A program made the position numbers and the translations under genes. A DNA stretch of 64,000 bases, from assembly GCF_009914755.1 (NCBI RefSeq), contig NC_060938.1; one strand, 5' to 3'. Shown one piece after another: positions 1 through 13,352 of the stretch (the stretch's first letter is position 1; every line of letters starts with the position of its first letter). The notes under the pieces are model-generated. The model saw nothing but the letters and a program-made list of their open reading frames with translations, did not search any database and was not told the DNA's origin. The DNA is from the human T2T-CHM13v2.0 reference genome, Homo sapiens.

Positions 1-44
1 TCTTGAACTTCTGGAATTACAGGCATAAGCCACCATGCCCAGTC
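1..44 (-). mobile_element. Alu 5' end fragment (cut by window edge, internally deleted)
   Basis: tcttgaacttct..ggaattacaggcataagccaccatgcccag is the reverse complement of the Alu left-arm start. Confidence 0.8.
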
Positions 45-267
45 TACCTCCAGACTTTCAGTTATACATCCTTATTAGTAAATGATGTTTGAACATATAA
101 CCTAATATATGTATGAAATATATTTATTAATAAGTTATATATTGTATATGTAGTATACATATATTACTACATTAATATGTTATTTTCTTTATAAAACACA
201 CAAAATTGAAATTGAAAGGAAATCATAACATAGAAATAGAAATCCTAATGTTTTCTTTTTACACCTC

Positions 268-660
268 TATATCAGCCAAGATGGGCTAGGTTATGTGTGT
301 TATCAACTCTCAAATTTCAGTGGCTTAAAACAGCACAGGTTTATTTGTCTCATGCTCTGTGTCCATTGTGGTTTGGCTTCAACACTCCTCTGTATTGCAT
401 CGTTCTCTGTATTGTTCAACACCCTGGCACCCAGACTGATACAGCAGCCACCAGCTGGAGGCTTGCTTGTCATCAGGACAGAGGGAAAAATAATGAGGAA
501 TTAACACTTAAAGCTTTGGCCTAGATTTGACACATGGCACTTCTGCATACGTTTCATTGGCCAAAACAAGTTATGTGTTCCTACCTAATTTGAGGGAAGA
601 AAAGTCCTAACCTTGTGCCCAGGCAGAGAAATGGACATATTTTAGACAGCATTAAAAGTT
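268..660. mobile_element. MLT1-family (MaLR) solo LTR, old
   Basis: gggctaggttatg..aaatttcagtggcttaaaacagcacaggtttattt..cattggccaaaacaagttatgtg motifs typical of MLT1. Confidence 0.7.
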
Positions 661-839
661 GACACCTCTCTCATGATCAGTTTTGGAGAACACAGCCCAG
701 GATTTGTGTTTGTCTAAGAAAATAAACACACAAAGACAAGTCTATTTAGCTTCTTCCATTATTTTGTATTGTTTTTAACACACTGAAGTCCTGAGTAATG
801 AGTCAACTACAACTACAGGCATAGTGGCCTCTCTTGCTT

Positions 840-1335
840 ACAACTCTGTAATGGCTTTTTAGCACTCATTATATAACTCAGACACCTTAATATAGCCTAC
901 AAGCCCCACCTTTCCAGCTTCATCTAACTCCACTCACACCACACCTTAGAGGCCTCAGACTGGCCTTTCAGTTCCTTGAAGGGAGACATGTGCTCCCTAC
1001 TTCTGTTTTGAATGTTTTTCTTCCCTTTTCCTTGTTTTTGCCCAGTCACTCTGTAGCTTTAAGATCAAATGTTTCTTCAAGGAAGCCCTCTCTGACTCCC
1101 AGAGTACATCAAGTCCTCTCTGTTCTACACTCTCATAATACCCTATACTTTGCTTCCAGAGAAGCCATTCCATTTTATGAGTGTATTTTTGCACTATTCT
1201 TTGTTCAGTCAATTTCCTCCAATTACAGTACAAGCTCCAAAGGGTAAGGATCAAGTCTGTTTTGCTCAGCACTGTATGCTATTCCTTGTGTTTAGCCCAG
1301 TTACTGGCATATATTAAGAGCTCGTTAAATATTGA
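840..1335 (+). mobile_element. L2 LINE 3' fragment
   Basis: aaatgtttcttcaaggaagccctctctgac..tggcatatattaagagctcgttaaatattg resembles the L2 3' end. Confidence 0.65.
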
Positions 1336-2070
1336 GTTTGGTTATAGTTTTATATTTTAGGTCTGTGACATTTGTGTAGTCTATAGAGAACATGTCTGAG
1401 ATATTTATACAGTCCATAGAGAATGATGTGATAAGAAGATGTAAATCACACAAACTGCAAATACACACTTGTTCTATGCCTCTATGTCTTAGGGAGTCTA
1501 AGAGATTCCAAGGTCAGAATGTTTTTCCTGTTCTCTCTGAATTGAAATATACCCTCACAAAGATTTTCACTTTCTTTAGGTGTTTTTCCTTTTCTCACTT
1601 TTTGAGTGATAATTTTTTGTTTAAATTGAGAGCCATACAGTCAGGGGATATATCACATTTAACATAAATGGCAGTAAAACTGCCCAAGCAGTGAGTGTAT
1701 TATATAGGCATAGTTAATAAACAAGCTGTGTGACATTAAGCTATGTTTCTCTCTAGCTTTCTGGAGATAGTACTGAATTCCCAAAACACAGCGTGATTTA
1801 TTTTTTGTGATAGTGTGCATCAGCAAAAGGGCATATATTAGATGCTTGGAAAATGCTTTGCTATAGATTTATGTCTTTTTACTATTTGTCTTCATATATA
1901 ATTATTGGGGGCAACTTTAGTTTTTTCTATTTCTCTTTTCAGAAAGAATAACAATTTTTTCGCCTTCTTATCTATATGTTTCATTGTGGACTATCAGTAC
2001 TGTTCTTCATTTAAAATGCAAATGTTCTAATAATCTACAATCATAACCTTATGGTAGAACTGATACAGAC

Positions 2071-2157
2071 ATTGTAATCTCTAAGCCTCTGAAAATAGTG
2101 TTCTGCATTTTTATTGTAATCTCTAAGCCTCTGAAAATAGTGTTCTGCATTTTTATT
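2071..2157. repeat. Perfect 42-bp tandem duplication
   Basis: attgtaatctctaagcctctgaaaatagtgttctgcattttt at 2071-2112 and again at 2113-2154. Confidence 0.97.
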
Positions 2158-2284
2158 CTAGAAGAGAGCTACTGCTCCTCATCAATGAGAGAGTGGGATT
2201 AAAAGGAACATGAGTAAGGATTATATTTGCAGAGCCTATCTATTTATTCAACAGTATTGTTGAATAATAACATTTCTTAAGTAT

Positions 2285-2518
2285 CATCTTCCCTCAATAT
2301 ATGTGGGGGATTGGTTCCAGAATCGCCCTCCCCCCGCCACTGCATATTCCAAAATTCATGCATACTGAAGTCCCACAGTTGCTTCTAGGACATCAGCCAT
2401 TCCGGTACTTGGGTTTTGTGGCGGGCAAATACTATATTTTTTATCTGTGGTTGGTTCAAAAAAAATTCACACATAAGTGGACCCCCCACAGTTCAAACTC
2501 ATGTTCAAGGTTTAGCTG
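2285..2518. mobile_element. MER8 (Tigger-derived MITE)
   Basis: gggggattggttccag..aagtcccacagttg..ataagtggacc..cagttcaaactcatgttcaagg..ctg matches the recalled MER8 consensus. Confidence 0.75.
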
Positions 2519-2639
2519 TATCTATTTTGTAGCAGAATCTAGGGAAACTTAGAAAGAGAATGACCTTTTCTATGAAACTTAATTTTGTTTCAGACAATAA
2601 CATTCTGATAAGAGCTGAGTTTTACTCTTTTGTTAGCAC

Positions 2640-3090
<451 letters not shown>

Positions 3091-3179
3091 AGATTTACTG
3101 TGAGACTTCGTCCAAAGTTACCTCTTAGGTATTTATTTTCCTCTGTTCCTCCCTTCTTATTTTTCTCCAAATTGTCATC

Positions 3180-3725
3180 AAAGATAAATTTCTAAAACAA
3201 AAATCTGATTGTATAACTACCTCTTTGATACCATCTTTTCAGCTTTGAAAACCTTTAGTGGTTTCCTGTTGTCTGAAGAGGAATGCCTCAAATACATGGA
3301 TGGTATTCAGCATCTTCCCACGTGGCCCTAGCCTTCCTTCCCAAACCATCTTCTGCCTTGACCACCCACTGGGTTGCAGCCCAAGTAGGCCACACAGTTT
3401 TATTTTGCTACCTTGGCTTGTTGTCTTCCTTCTGTCTAGAATTCCTGCTGTGGGCCTCACCTCCTCATCACCCCACAACCTGAAGAAACAACTGTCTATG
3501 GGAAACTCAAAGATTTCTCTTCTTTCTAGGCAGAATTTTTGGTTCCTGTTCATTCATCTCTTTTTAGCATTTATTATGATATCAAAGGTAATTCTATATG
3601 TCTTGCTCTCTTACTAGCTCATGAGTTCCTTCAGAGCAGAGGCCATAGTTTATTCATCATTGTGATAACATTGATGAGTGCCACTAGAACTCAGTAGGCA
3701 CTCTGTAAAAATTTGTTGAAGTAAT
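3180..3725 (+). mobile_element. L2 fragment
   Basis: aaaatctgatt..aaaacctttagtggtttcct..gagttccttcagagcagaggcc..aaaatttgttgaa. Confidence 0.55.
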
Positions 3726-3777
3726 GTATTAATATTTGGTTTAATTTTATTTTGATTTCAGTGTGTTTTTATTCTAG

Positions 3778-3966
<189 letters not shown>

Positions 3967-3981
3967 TAAGAGTGTCTCAGA

Positions 3982-4325
<344 letters not shown>

Positions 4326-7300
4326 TTAAATTAATATAGCACAGTTCTATGTGTTAACCTTTCTTTGGCTTTTTTGAATAGGTTTGTTCTGTCAACTATG
4401 ATAATTTCTATTTTAAATAAAAACTGTCTATAACTTAAATTTGAGAATAGAGTTTTGTAGTCCAAGTACTGTAATTTGAAGCCATATTTTAAATGATACT
4501 CATCAGTGTGTTTGCTAAGTTGGGTGTACATCTCTCAGTAGAAACAGGTACATTAAAATGTCTGTTCCGTATGTTGTAAAAACCTCTAAAAGTGTTCGTT
4601 CTTAGTGCATATGTAAAAATGCCTTCCTGATTAATTCTTTGTTAGTCTTTCTGCTTTAGAATGGCAGTATTTACTGTTTTCTGTAATATTTAATGTGTTT
4701 GATATGTCTTTAAAATATGGCACCTGAAATTTACATTGTACGCACTGTTCATGGCACTGAACTGAAGAGTTCATTAGTGCTGTGAGGAAAACTAAAATCA
4801 TGTGTTAAATAAGCAAAACACAGGTTTTGGATAAAACATGATGTTCCAAAAATCCACAGGCAACTTAACAGACTTTTTAGAAAACATGTTTTGATATTCT
4901 AATTGTGAATGGGTTTCTGTTCTTGCCAAAGGCAGGTGTTAGATGCTGAATAGGGAAGGCATAAAGTGAATTATTAGACTTAGGTAGTTAAAAATTAAGA
5001 TCCCTAGAGATTAAGGAATTTCAAAACATTCTCTGTTATAATTAAGTTTCTAAAAGTTGATGTTAAATATATTATTGTTATGCATTTGCACTATAGCAGC
5101 CACTACAATACCAGGTGAATACTAATGATATATTTTGATACATTGCTATAATTATAGCCACTAATTATATTCTGCAACTGTTTTTCATTTAACCCAGAAA
5201 GTTCAATTTTCCAAATCTGCATAATAACAGATTGACATTCGCTTATATAATAAAGTAAATGTGTAATTATAATGGCATTATTGAATTATACTGACAACAT
5301 TGTAATTTCCTAACTTACAAATGAGCTGAACAATTTCCTAAGTCAGTTATTTAGAATTTGAAACATTTCATTGAGAAACAATGGTATGTATGGAAGTTAC
5401 ATTTTAACCAATGGCTCACAGATGTACAATTACCCTAAAAATGTATCAAAAACACTGACTACTGATCACAAAAATTTGATGGTGCCCTAGACTGCTATGT
5501 CTGACAGTGTTAGGGGAAAAATCATTTAGAATTCCTCGTTAGGGCACGTCCCCTCCTTTTAATGTAGTCATGGGTCCCATGGTGTCTCCCATGAAGTGGA
5601 GCAGGGCTTCAATTATGAAGAGGTTGGAATTGGGAATGAGGAACTGAAATCAGGGAAAAAGCTTTCACAGCTCTGGCCTCTTGGCCAGTTGAACCTCCTG
5701 GGAACCCTTATTTGTCCTTTACTGACTCCCTGGCAGACTCTTAATTCAGTGGGTCGTGTTTTAAATGATTATTTGGTACGATAGCTCTTGAGAACCTTAT
5801 CTGTATTTACCTACAGGGACAGTTTATGCATAGTAGTTAAGGTCTCAGACCATCTCACAGAAAACCCTTTAACCTATTATATGTCTGAAATGTTTCCTCA
5901 TTTCTTTCAGACTTAGCACCTCAAAAATACTTCTCAGGCTCAGACTGCTCCTCACTCACTTTTACTTTTTAAAAATCCCTGTCTAGATACAACAATTAGC
6001 CCATTACCATTCTTACTACGCACCTATTTTTAACAAGATTTTTCCCCTTCTTGGTCTAATCTTCTGTGTCTGTAGGTAGGATTGTGAGTATCTGGAGAGC
6101 AGAAATGATGTCAATAGATGGCTATATAAAGGTGAAGGTTTTACTCTTTTACCTTCCATTTCTGCAGTAGAAAAGAAATCCTTCATGATTCTTTACTAGA
6201 ATGACAGTTCATAAATTGAGAGGAAAAAAATTTCATTTCTAAGCATTTTCTATAACATTTTTGCTGCTTGCTCCTGTGACAGTTTCCTATAGTCCGAAGT
6301 TGATCTAGAGAATAGGAATCAAATTTAATGAAAAGCTGATCCTTAAATGGTTACTAAAATATCATGTATTTGTCATTTGGCCGTTGGATATTGAGGACTT
6401 ATAGTTTAAGATCACAGCATTTGACAAGAGGATCATGAAATAACATTTACTTTTCCATGTACTTCATAGTATATACTGTAATATTTTTATAACATATACT
6501 TCATTATTTAAATTTCCTGACATGGTGCTAAATGACTTATTTGAATAAAGCACCACATACACGTATGTTTTAATAACTTTTGCATGGATTTGGAGTGGTT
6601 CTGAGAACGCTAAGTACCATGGCAAGTCAACTTTTCCGCTTAAGACTCCACTCACTGTGCTTTAAATCTCAGTCTTGATAGACTTCATTTGTGATAGTGT
6701 GCTGGAAAGAGTATATTGGATGAGGGGTCAGAATTTAGGTCAGCTCCTAAATTCCACTGCCTAATAGTAATGTGTCCTCAAGAAAACACACCTCTCCCAT
6801 CTCAGTCTGTATTTTGGAGGTTCTTATCATATACTTGCTGAGATCTCACCAAGCTCACAAGTTATATATGGTGCTACATAGGTTAGTAAATAATAAGAGA
6901 AAAATAATTCTGTCTGATAAAGAGACAGATAGTTGAGATAACAGGTCTGGCCTACTTTTGACCAGTTCTTTGAGCTCACTCCATTTGCCAACATCAGGAA
7001 GGTTATTTTGTTGTACTTTTTTTTGAACTACTTTGCCTCCCCATATTTTTCTCTTCAGTTTCCTCTTATTATGTGGCATGATGTGTCTATATCAGATATT
7101 AATGGGAGAAATCATTTGCAAATGTCTTCCAAGCCATTGCTTGCTTGGAGACTTCCAGCAAAGAATAAATCAGAGGCCTCATACCTTGATGTGGTGCCAC
7201 AGAGCTTTCCTATATAAACATACAATCACTGTACTACTCTAAAATAGAGTATCTTGTTTGTAATTCCCATTTGAAATTTCTTTTTCAAAGATTTAGCAAT

Positions 7301-7395
7301 TAGAAGATAGTCAATTTGAATCAATTTAGTTCCGATTTTGTTTCTTTCCATAGTTCAAATAGTGAGATTCAAAATGCCTATATGAACTTTTCTGG

Positions 7396-7402
7396 TTCTA
7401 AT
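7396..7402 (+). promoter_or_regulatory. NUBPL: Branch-point sequence (ttcTAAt) of the 83-nt NUBPL exon; T7399 is at position -27
   Basis: yUnAy consensus 24-30 nt upstream of the exon start; position matches the recalled c.815-27T>C disease variant; this window carries T. Confidence 0.85.
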
Positions 7403-7425
7403 GGATGTCTGCTGGGCTCTTTTAG

Positions 7426-7508
7426 GAGACATTCCCTTACACCTTAATATAAGGGAAGCTTCAGATACAGGCCAGCCAATTGTGTTTTCACAGCCTGAAA
7501 GTGATGAG
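7426..7508 (+). CDS. NUBPL: NUBPL penultimate coding exon (exon 10, c.815-897), 83 nt: (G)[27 protein letters not shown]
   Basis: ctcttttag|GAGAC..GATGAG|gtaagt; phase 1 in, phase 0 out, consistent with neighbouring exons; LGxIPL..I..ASD.G.P is a Mrp-family motif. Confidence 0.97.
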
Positions 7509-7922
7509 GTAAGTTCCATTTTTGGATACATATTTTTATTTCTTTTTATGTACTTTTGAAATACAGAAAGAAAGTTGGGAAGATTAAGCGTTTATATTTG
7601 CAGTGCATATATATTTAAACAAGGATTATTTAACTTGTCCAAAGCATCTTTAAGTTACTGTCATGTACAGTAAGCTTCCAGTGCTGGCTCTAAATTATCA
7701 TCTAAACAAGTTTACCTACAGAGAATCATCACCCAACCAGTTTTCTCAAGAAAAGCGTGAAAAGAGAGTTTGTAAAATTCTTATATTGCTGGCTAGCAAT
7801 ATCTAACTGCCCAAGATTATTATATTTCAGTATTAGAAGTTCAACTGATTGGAGAAGGAAGCCTAATGCAAGAAAGTATTGAATTGGATATAAGGCAATT
7901 GTGTAAACCATTAGAGGTGGGA

Positions 7923-8284
<362 letters not shown>

Positions 8285-9349
8285 TGAAAAGACTAGTAGT
8301 GTTTCATTAGCCAACATAGTTGGAGATATAGTTGATAGATTTTCAAAATTACTGCCACATAAAATCTTTAAGCATAAAATATTTTAATCTTTTTAAAAAT
8401 AGAAATAAAATTAATCATACATATTTTTTCTTTCCTAAATAACACTTGCTATTTAACTTGGAAACTGAATCATCATCTGGCACATCAGTTCAGATGTTGT
8501 TCCTTTGTTGAACAGCCCCAATCAATCTTCTAATAGTTTTTCTTTTTTTTTTTTTTTCTTTTCCTTAACTAATGGGTATAGCTTTACAGTACTGGTATTT
8601 TTTCCAAACATAACTGCTGTTCTTTATATTCTAGTTTGCTTCCTTTAACCTTCTGTGAATTGGAAAATAAAGGAGCCAAGTTTGGTTAGAGCTGTAAAGT
8701 AAGAGTAAATGAACAGTAATCTTGGATGAGTAAAGTATATTCATTTTGAGTGATCTGTTTTCTGCGTTTAGAGGTCCTTTCCTTTTCTTAAGAGTCAGCA
8801 GCTATGGTATAGGTGATTGTTTTGCTGGCGATATGATCTCTGAGTAGATATGGTATAACAGTTACCATTATTTTTCTCTTCTCTGTCTTTTAGGTATTAA
8901 ATGTTAAATTTCCTTTTCAGTCTTTCTCAACAATTTTTCAGCTAAGCAAAAAACCATAATCCTTTATCATCTTGGTAATTAAAGTCTGCCAATCCCAACT
9001 ACCATAGCTGTACTTTATGCAATATATGAAAAAGTTCTTTGAAAATTGAGGGTTTTTTTTGCTTTAATTACACACTTTTAAGTGCCTCCTGAGAACAGAC
9101 TATAAAGACATTTCACAGTGATTCCTAGTGAATAAGAATAATTTCTTATCAGTGTATTTCAATTAAGAGTTTAGATTTTTATTATGGTTTTCACCTGTTC
9201 ATTATTTTTTCTTTGAAATCCTCCAGAAGTAAGAAACATTTCATTGAAGTTAGAGGAATGTAATATAACAGAGAACATATAGCCACCATCCAAAGATAAT
9301 ATGATTTAATACTCTAAATAGCTTTGTTAGATTCTCGAAGGGGATCTCT

Positions 9350-9545
9350 GCATGGCAGGAAGAGCACTAAATCTGAGTCATCATGGGGTACCAAGTTTGC
9401 CACTTTCGATGTGTGACCTAAAGCAAGTTTTCTAACCTCTCTGAACCTTTCTCTCCATCTATAAATTGATGTCATAATGAGGAAGATGAGAAAGAATAAA
9501 TGAAATAATAATGTGAAAATACCTTGAAAAATGCCAAGTAGAATA
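9350..9545 (+). mobile_element. MIR
   Basis: gaagagcactaaatctgagtca..tgtgtgacctaaagcaagttttctaacctctctgaacc. Confidence 0.6.
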
Positions 9546-9697
9546 TAACTGTATTTACCTTCTGAAACTGCCTGTATAAGATGTCATGACACTAAATGTC
9601 TCTCCTCTTCCCTTTGCTAAAGAGCTGAGTCCACTTAGTGTCCTTGACGTGGTATCAAGTAAATATCACTCTTTGATGTTATTTAAAAATCAAAGTA

Positions 9698-9992
9698 GGC
9701 CCGGCACGGTGGCTCACGCCTGTAATCCCAGCACTTTGGGAGGCTGAGGCGGGCAGATCACGAGGTCAGGAGTTTGAGATCAACCTGGCCAACATGGTGA
9801 AACCCCGTCTCTAGTAAAAATACAAAAATTAGCTGGGCGTGGTGGCACACACCTCTAATCCCGGCTACTTGGGAGGCTGAGGCAGGAGAATCACTTCATC
9901 CTGGGAGGCGGAGGTTGCAGTAAGCCGAGGTCACGCCATGGCACTCCAGCCTGGGCAAAAAGAGCAAAACTCCGTCAAAAAATAAAAATAAA
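9698..9992 (+). mobile_element. AluS (Sg/Sx-like)
   Basis: Full dimer with A tail; degenerate TSD aaaaatcaaagta / aaaaatcagggta. Confidence 0.93.
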
Positions 9993-10373
9993 AAAATCAG
10001 GGTAGCAGCATTTGAATCATGAGAGAAGAATTCCCAGCTTCAACATCAAAGACATTAACTCCTAGACACTAAGAAGCTGTGATTGAGGCCTAGGATCAGA
10101 ATCCTCCAGTTAGTCTTGTGATGAATCTTGCCTCCTGAAAGCCTCCTTCCCTTTCCCCCGTGAACTCAAATAGAAATGTGCTCTTAGAAACTAGTCACAA
10201 CGCTCTCACCAGATTCTGTTGTATTCATAGAAGCATAATACCTATTCTGCCTGCATGTCTTCATTTAAAGAATGAAGGAAGTGTTTATTTGCCAACATGA
10301 TAAAACTTCTGCAGAAGTTAATGGGGCAAAACCTATAATGTTATTTGTTAATTATCCACTTTAGACTGATACT

Positions 10374-10667
10374 GTTGTGTTGTGTTGTGTTTTGTTTTGT
10401 TTTGTTTTGTTTTGTTTTGTTTTGTTTTGTTTGAGACAGGATCTTACTCTGTCACCCAGGTTGGAGTGCAGTGGCACGATCTCATCCTCCCAAGTAGCTG
10501 GGACCACTGGTTCACACCACCACATCCAGCTAATTTTTTGTGTGTTTGGTAGAGATGGGGTTTCACCATGTTGCCCAGGCTGGTGTCAAACTCCTGAGCT
10601 CAGGAGATTCACCTGCTTTAGCCTCCCAAAGTGCTGGGATTACAGACATGAGCCATCACACCTGGCC
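10374..10667 (-). mobile_element. Alu (J/S) with (GTTTT)n tail microsatellite and an internal deletion in the right arm
   Basis: (tgttt)n at 10374-10431; gatctc|atcctccc junction; TSD tagactgatact at 10362-10373 and 10668-10679. Confidence 0.92.
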
Positions 10668-11834
10668 TAGACTGATACTTTTTATTGTTTACTTTTAGGG
10701 GTTGACTCATAGGCACGATTATAAATCAGTAAACGTTTAATCGTTAGCTTTTTGTCTTCCTTCTTACTCCACCTTCTCCATTTTCTATCACTCCATCCTC
10801 CCAGCACCAGGTGTTAGGGCTCTTATTCTCTGCCCACAAAATCCTTTAGAATTACACACTGAGGATTTAACTCTCCCAGTAACATTTAACTTTCAGAAGA
10901 GGCAAACACTAAAAAGGTAGTGATTAATTTAAAGATATGAATTGTGGTGAATTTAAGACATCATTGGAAATGTTGGAAGAGCTGTTAGTACCAATTAAAA
11001 AGTACTAATAGTCTGCTGCTTGCTCAGACAATGGGCAAAACCTTCTGCACATGTACACCACTTAGGAAAGGCAAGTAAGACTCCAAATGTGACTAGTGTA
11101 AAGCAGCCAAAGAAAACAATAGAGGAGGGGTGAGAAGGCGATATTTAGAATTCAGAACCCCTAAATTCAATAGCATCCCCGCATGCTGGTATGATTAATA
11201 CTGTTGATGCAATTAAAACTACCTTCTGCTCTTGATTAAGACCAGAATACAAGGAATGGACCTGTGATTAGCTGATAACATTGTGGTTTTATCCTTTTTA
11301 TCAAGTAAGAATATTAGCTACAGAAAGATGTGCTATAAGATATTCCTGGTAAAGACTTTCAAATATTAGTGGGAACTTTATTTTCTTACAATTTCTAAAT
11401 TATCACCTCACAATCTTAATATGAAATGACTGTGTATGATAAATTGGGACTTCAAATATTTAAAAACAAAAACAAAGGAAAAGACCTTTGTGCACTTTGG
11501 TTACCATTCATTCCCTGTTGCTAGTTAATGGCATAGCGGACAGTAGGGTCCAACTGTATTATCTGTGCCTCTAGATGACCTAACAAAAAGATCTTGAATA
11601 GGAGAAAAGGGTTAGTCTGTGTAGAGTTGATGAAAGAAGAGAGTATTAATAGTTTGAGTTATCTCAGTTATGTCCTTTACATATGATATGTGTGTGTGTT
11701 ACTTTTTTGCTAGTTATGGATTAAACAAAAGAAAGATAGATTTGATTTAATTATTCCTCAGGTGGGAACAGTGCCCAAAGGACATGTTCATATGAGTTCT
11801 TCAATGAGATTATAAATTTCTTGAGACTATAATG

Positions 11835-12075
11835 ATAATAACAGCAGCTACAGATATTTATTATATGCTTCCTCTGTACCAACAATTCACATGCCATATT
11901 CTCACTTAATACTCCGAAAATGCTTTGAGCTAGATATAATTATTATAACCAGTTTACAGATATGGAAACTGAGCCTAGAAGGGTTGAGTAACTTGCCCAA
12001 AGCCTCACAGCTGGTAAGTAATAAAGCCAACATTCTAAACCATGGCTGTCTGACTTCAAGGCCCCAACTCTTCAC
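11835..12075 (-). mobile_element. MIR
   Basis: cagtttacagatatggaaactgagcctagaagggttgagtaacttgcccaaagcctcacagctgg. Confidence 0.8.
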
Positions 12076-12714
12076 CAATGAACTGTTCTGCCCCTCTTTT
12101 ATATCATTACACACCACAGATTTCCCAACACAATGCCTTGCACGCAATACAAACCAAAATGTATTTGTTGAAATAAAACTGCACTGGCTAAAAAATTTAG
12201 CCTCAACAGTTTTTGAGAAATTGAAACTGTTAAACTAAGCACTTTCAGTGGTTTCTCAGCAACTGACAATCTATTACTTTGAATGTGATATATTAGAAGT
12301 CAAAGTTTGGAGATAGTCCATTAAAAAGGAAAGGTTAAATGTAGCCAATTTGATTGTTCTGGAATTATTCAGTATTTTTTGTATTCTGATAGGTTTATGT
12401 CTCTAATGTAGATAAATACTAAAAGATTACAGAATGATGGCCTTGTCTCATCTTGCTTTAGTGAACTTTAAATTTTCATCACAAAATATTAGGCATAAGT
12501 ACCTAGAAAAGCTACTAGGAGATAAAAGGTATTTATAAAGATGTATGGGTGAAAATCAGCACATTTGATTTGAGAGAAACCTTTCTTTATAAGTAGATGT
12601 TATTTCTATTTATAAACAAAAACTATTGTTTCTGTTAACTACAGCAGAGAAGAACCCATTTTTAGACTATGCTTTATGATTATAATTACTTGTATTTGGG
12701 TTTACTGTTTAACA

Positions 12715-12905
12715 TGTGGTGTAGTGGAAAAAGCTGGACTTTAGAGTCAGTTGGACCCAGGTTTGAAGGTTTTCCAGCCTGACTTCATGACCTTGAGCAA
12801 ATAACTCCTGGTTTCATCATCCAAGTTAAGCTGATGATGCTTGTTTTACGTGTCTAAGTGAGATTATTTACATGAAGTACTTGGTATAGTAGGTACTCAA
12901 TAAAA
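12715..12905 (+). mobile_element. MIR
   Basis: gtggtgtagtggaaaaagctggactttagagtcag..gaccttgagcaa..gtaggtactcaataaa. Confidence 0.65.
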
Positions 12906-13119
12906 ACATTTAAAGCCTTATTCATGTTTTTAGAGTTTTTTTTTTTTTTAAGGACTCTCTTAAAATGACTTTTAATACTTTTCTGGTAAAATAAATCATG
13001 ATTTAGCTGTTAGGGCTCAAGCATAGTCTTTAAAAATGAAGACATGCGAAACACTCTTAAAGCACTTCATCAAGTCAGGGCAAATGGACCACAAACATCT
13101 CTTTTTACTGTGCAGAGTC

Positions 13120-13320
13120 TGGGAATTGGTCAGCTTAGGTTCAAAGCCCAGCTCATCTCTTACTAGCTATAATGTTTTTGACAAAATTATTTACCTTTCT
13201 GGATGTTTCCTTATCTGTAAAGTCGGGATAATGATAGAATTTACCCCCAGAGTAACTGTGAAGATAAATAACACTTGGCAAATATTAAGTACTCAGTAAA
13301 TCTTAGCTGTTTTCATTAGT
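13120..13320 (+). mobile_element. MIR
   Basis: ggttcaaagcccagctc..ttactagct..tttccttatctgtaaagtcgggataatgatag. Confidence 0.65.
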
Positions 13321-13352
13321 TGTATATAAATATATAACTGTAAGCATATTAT

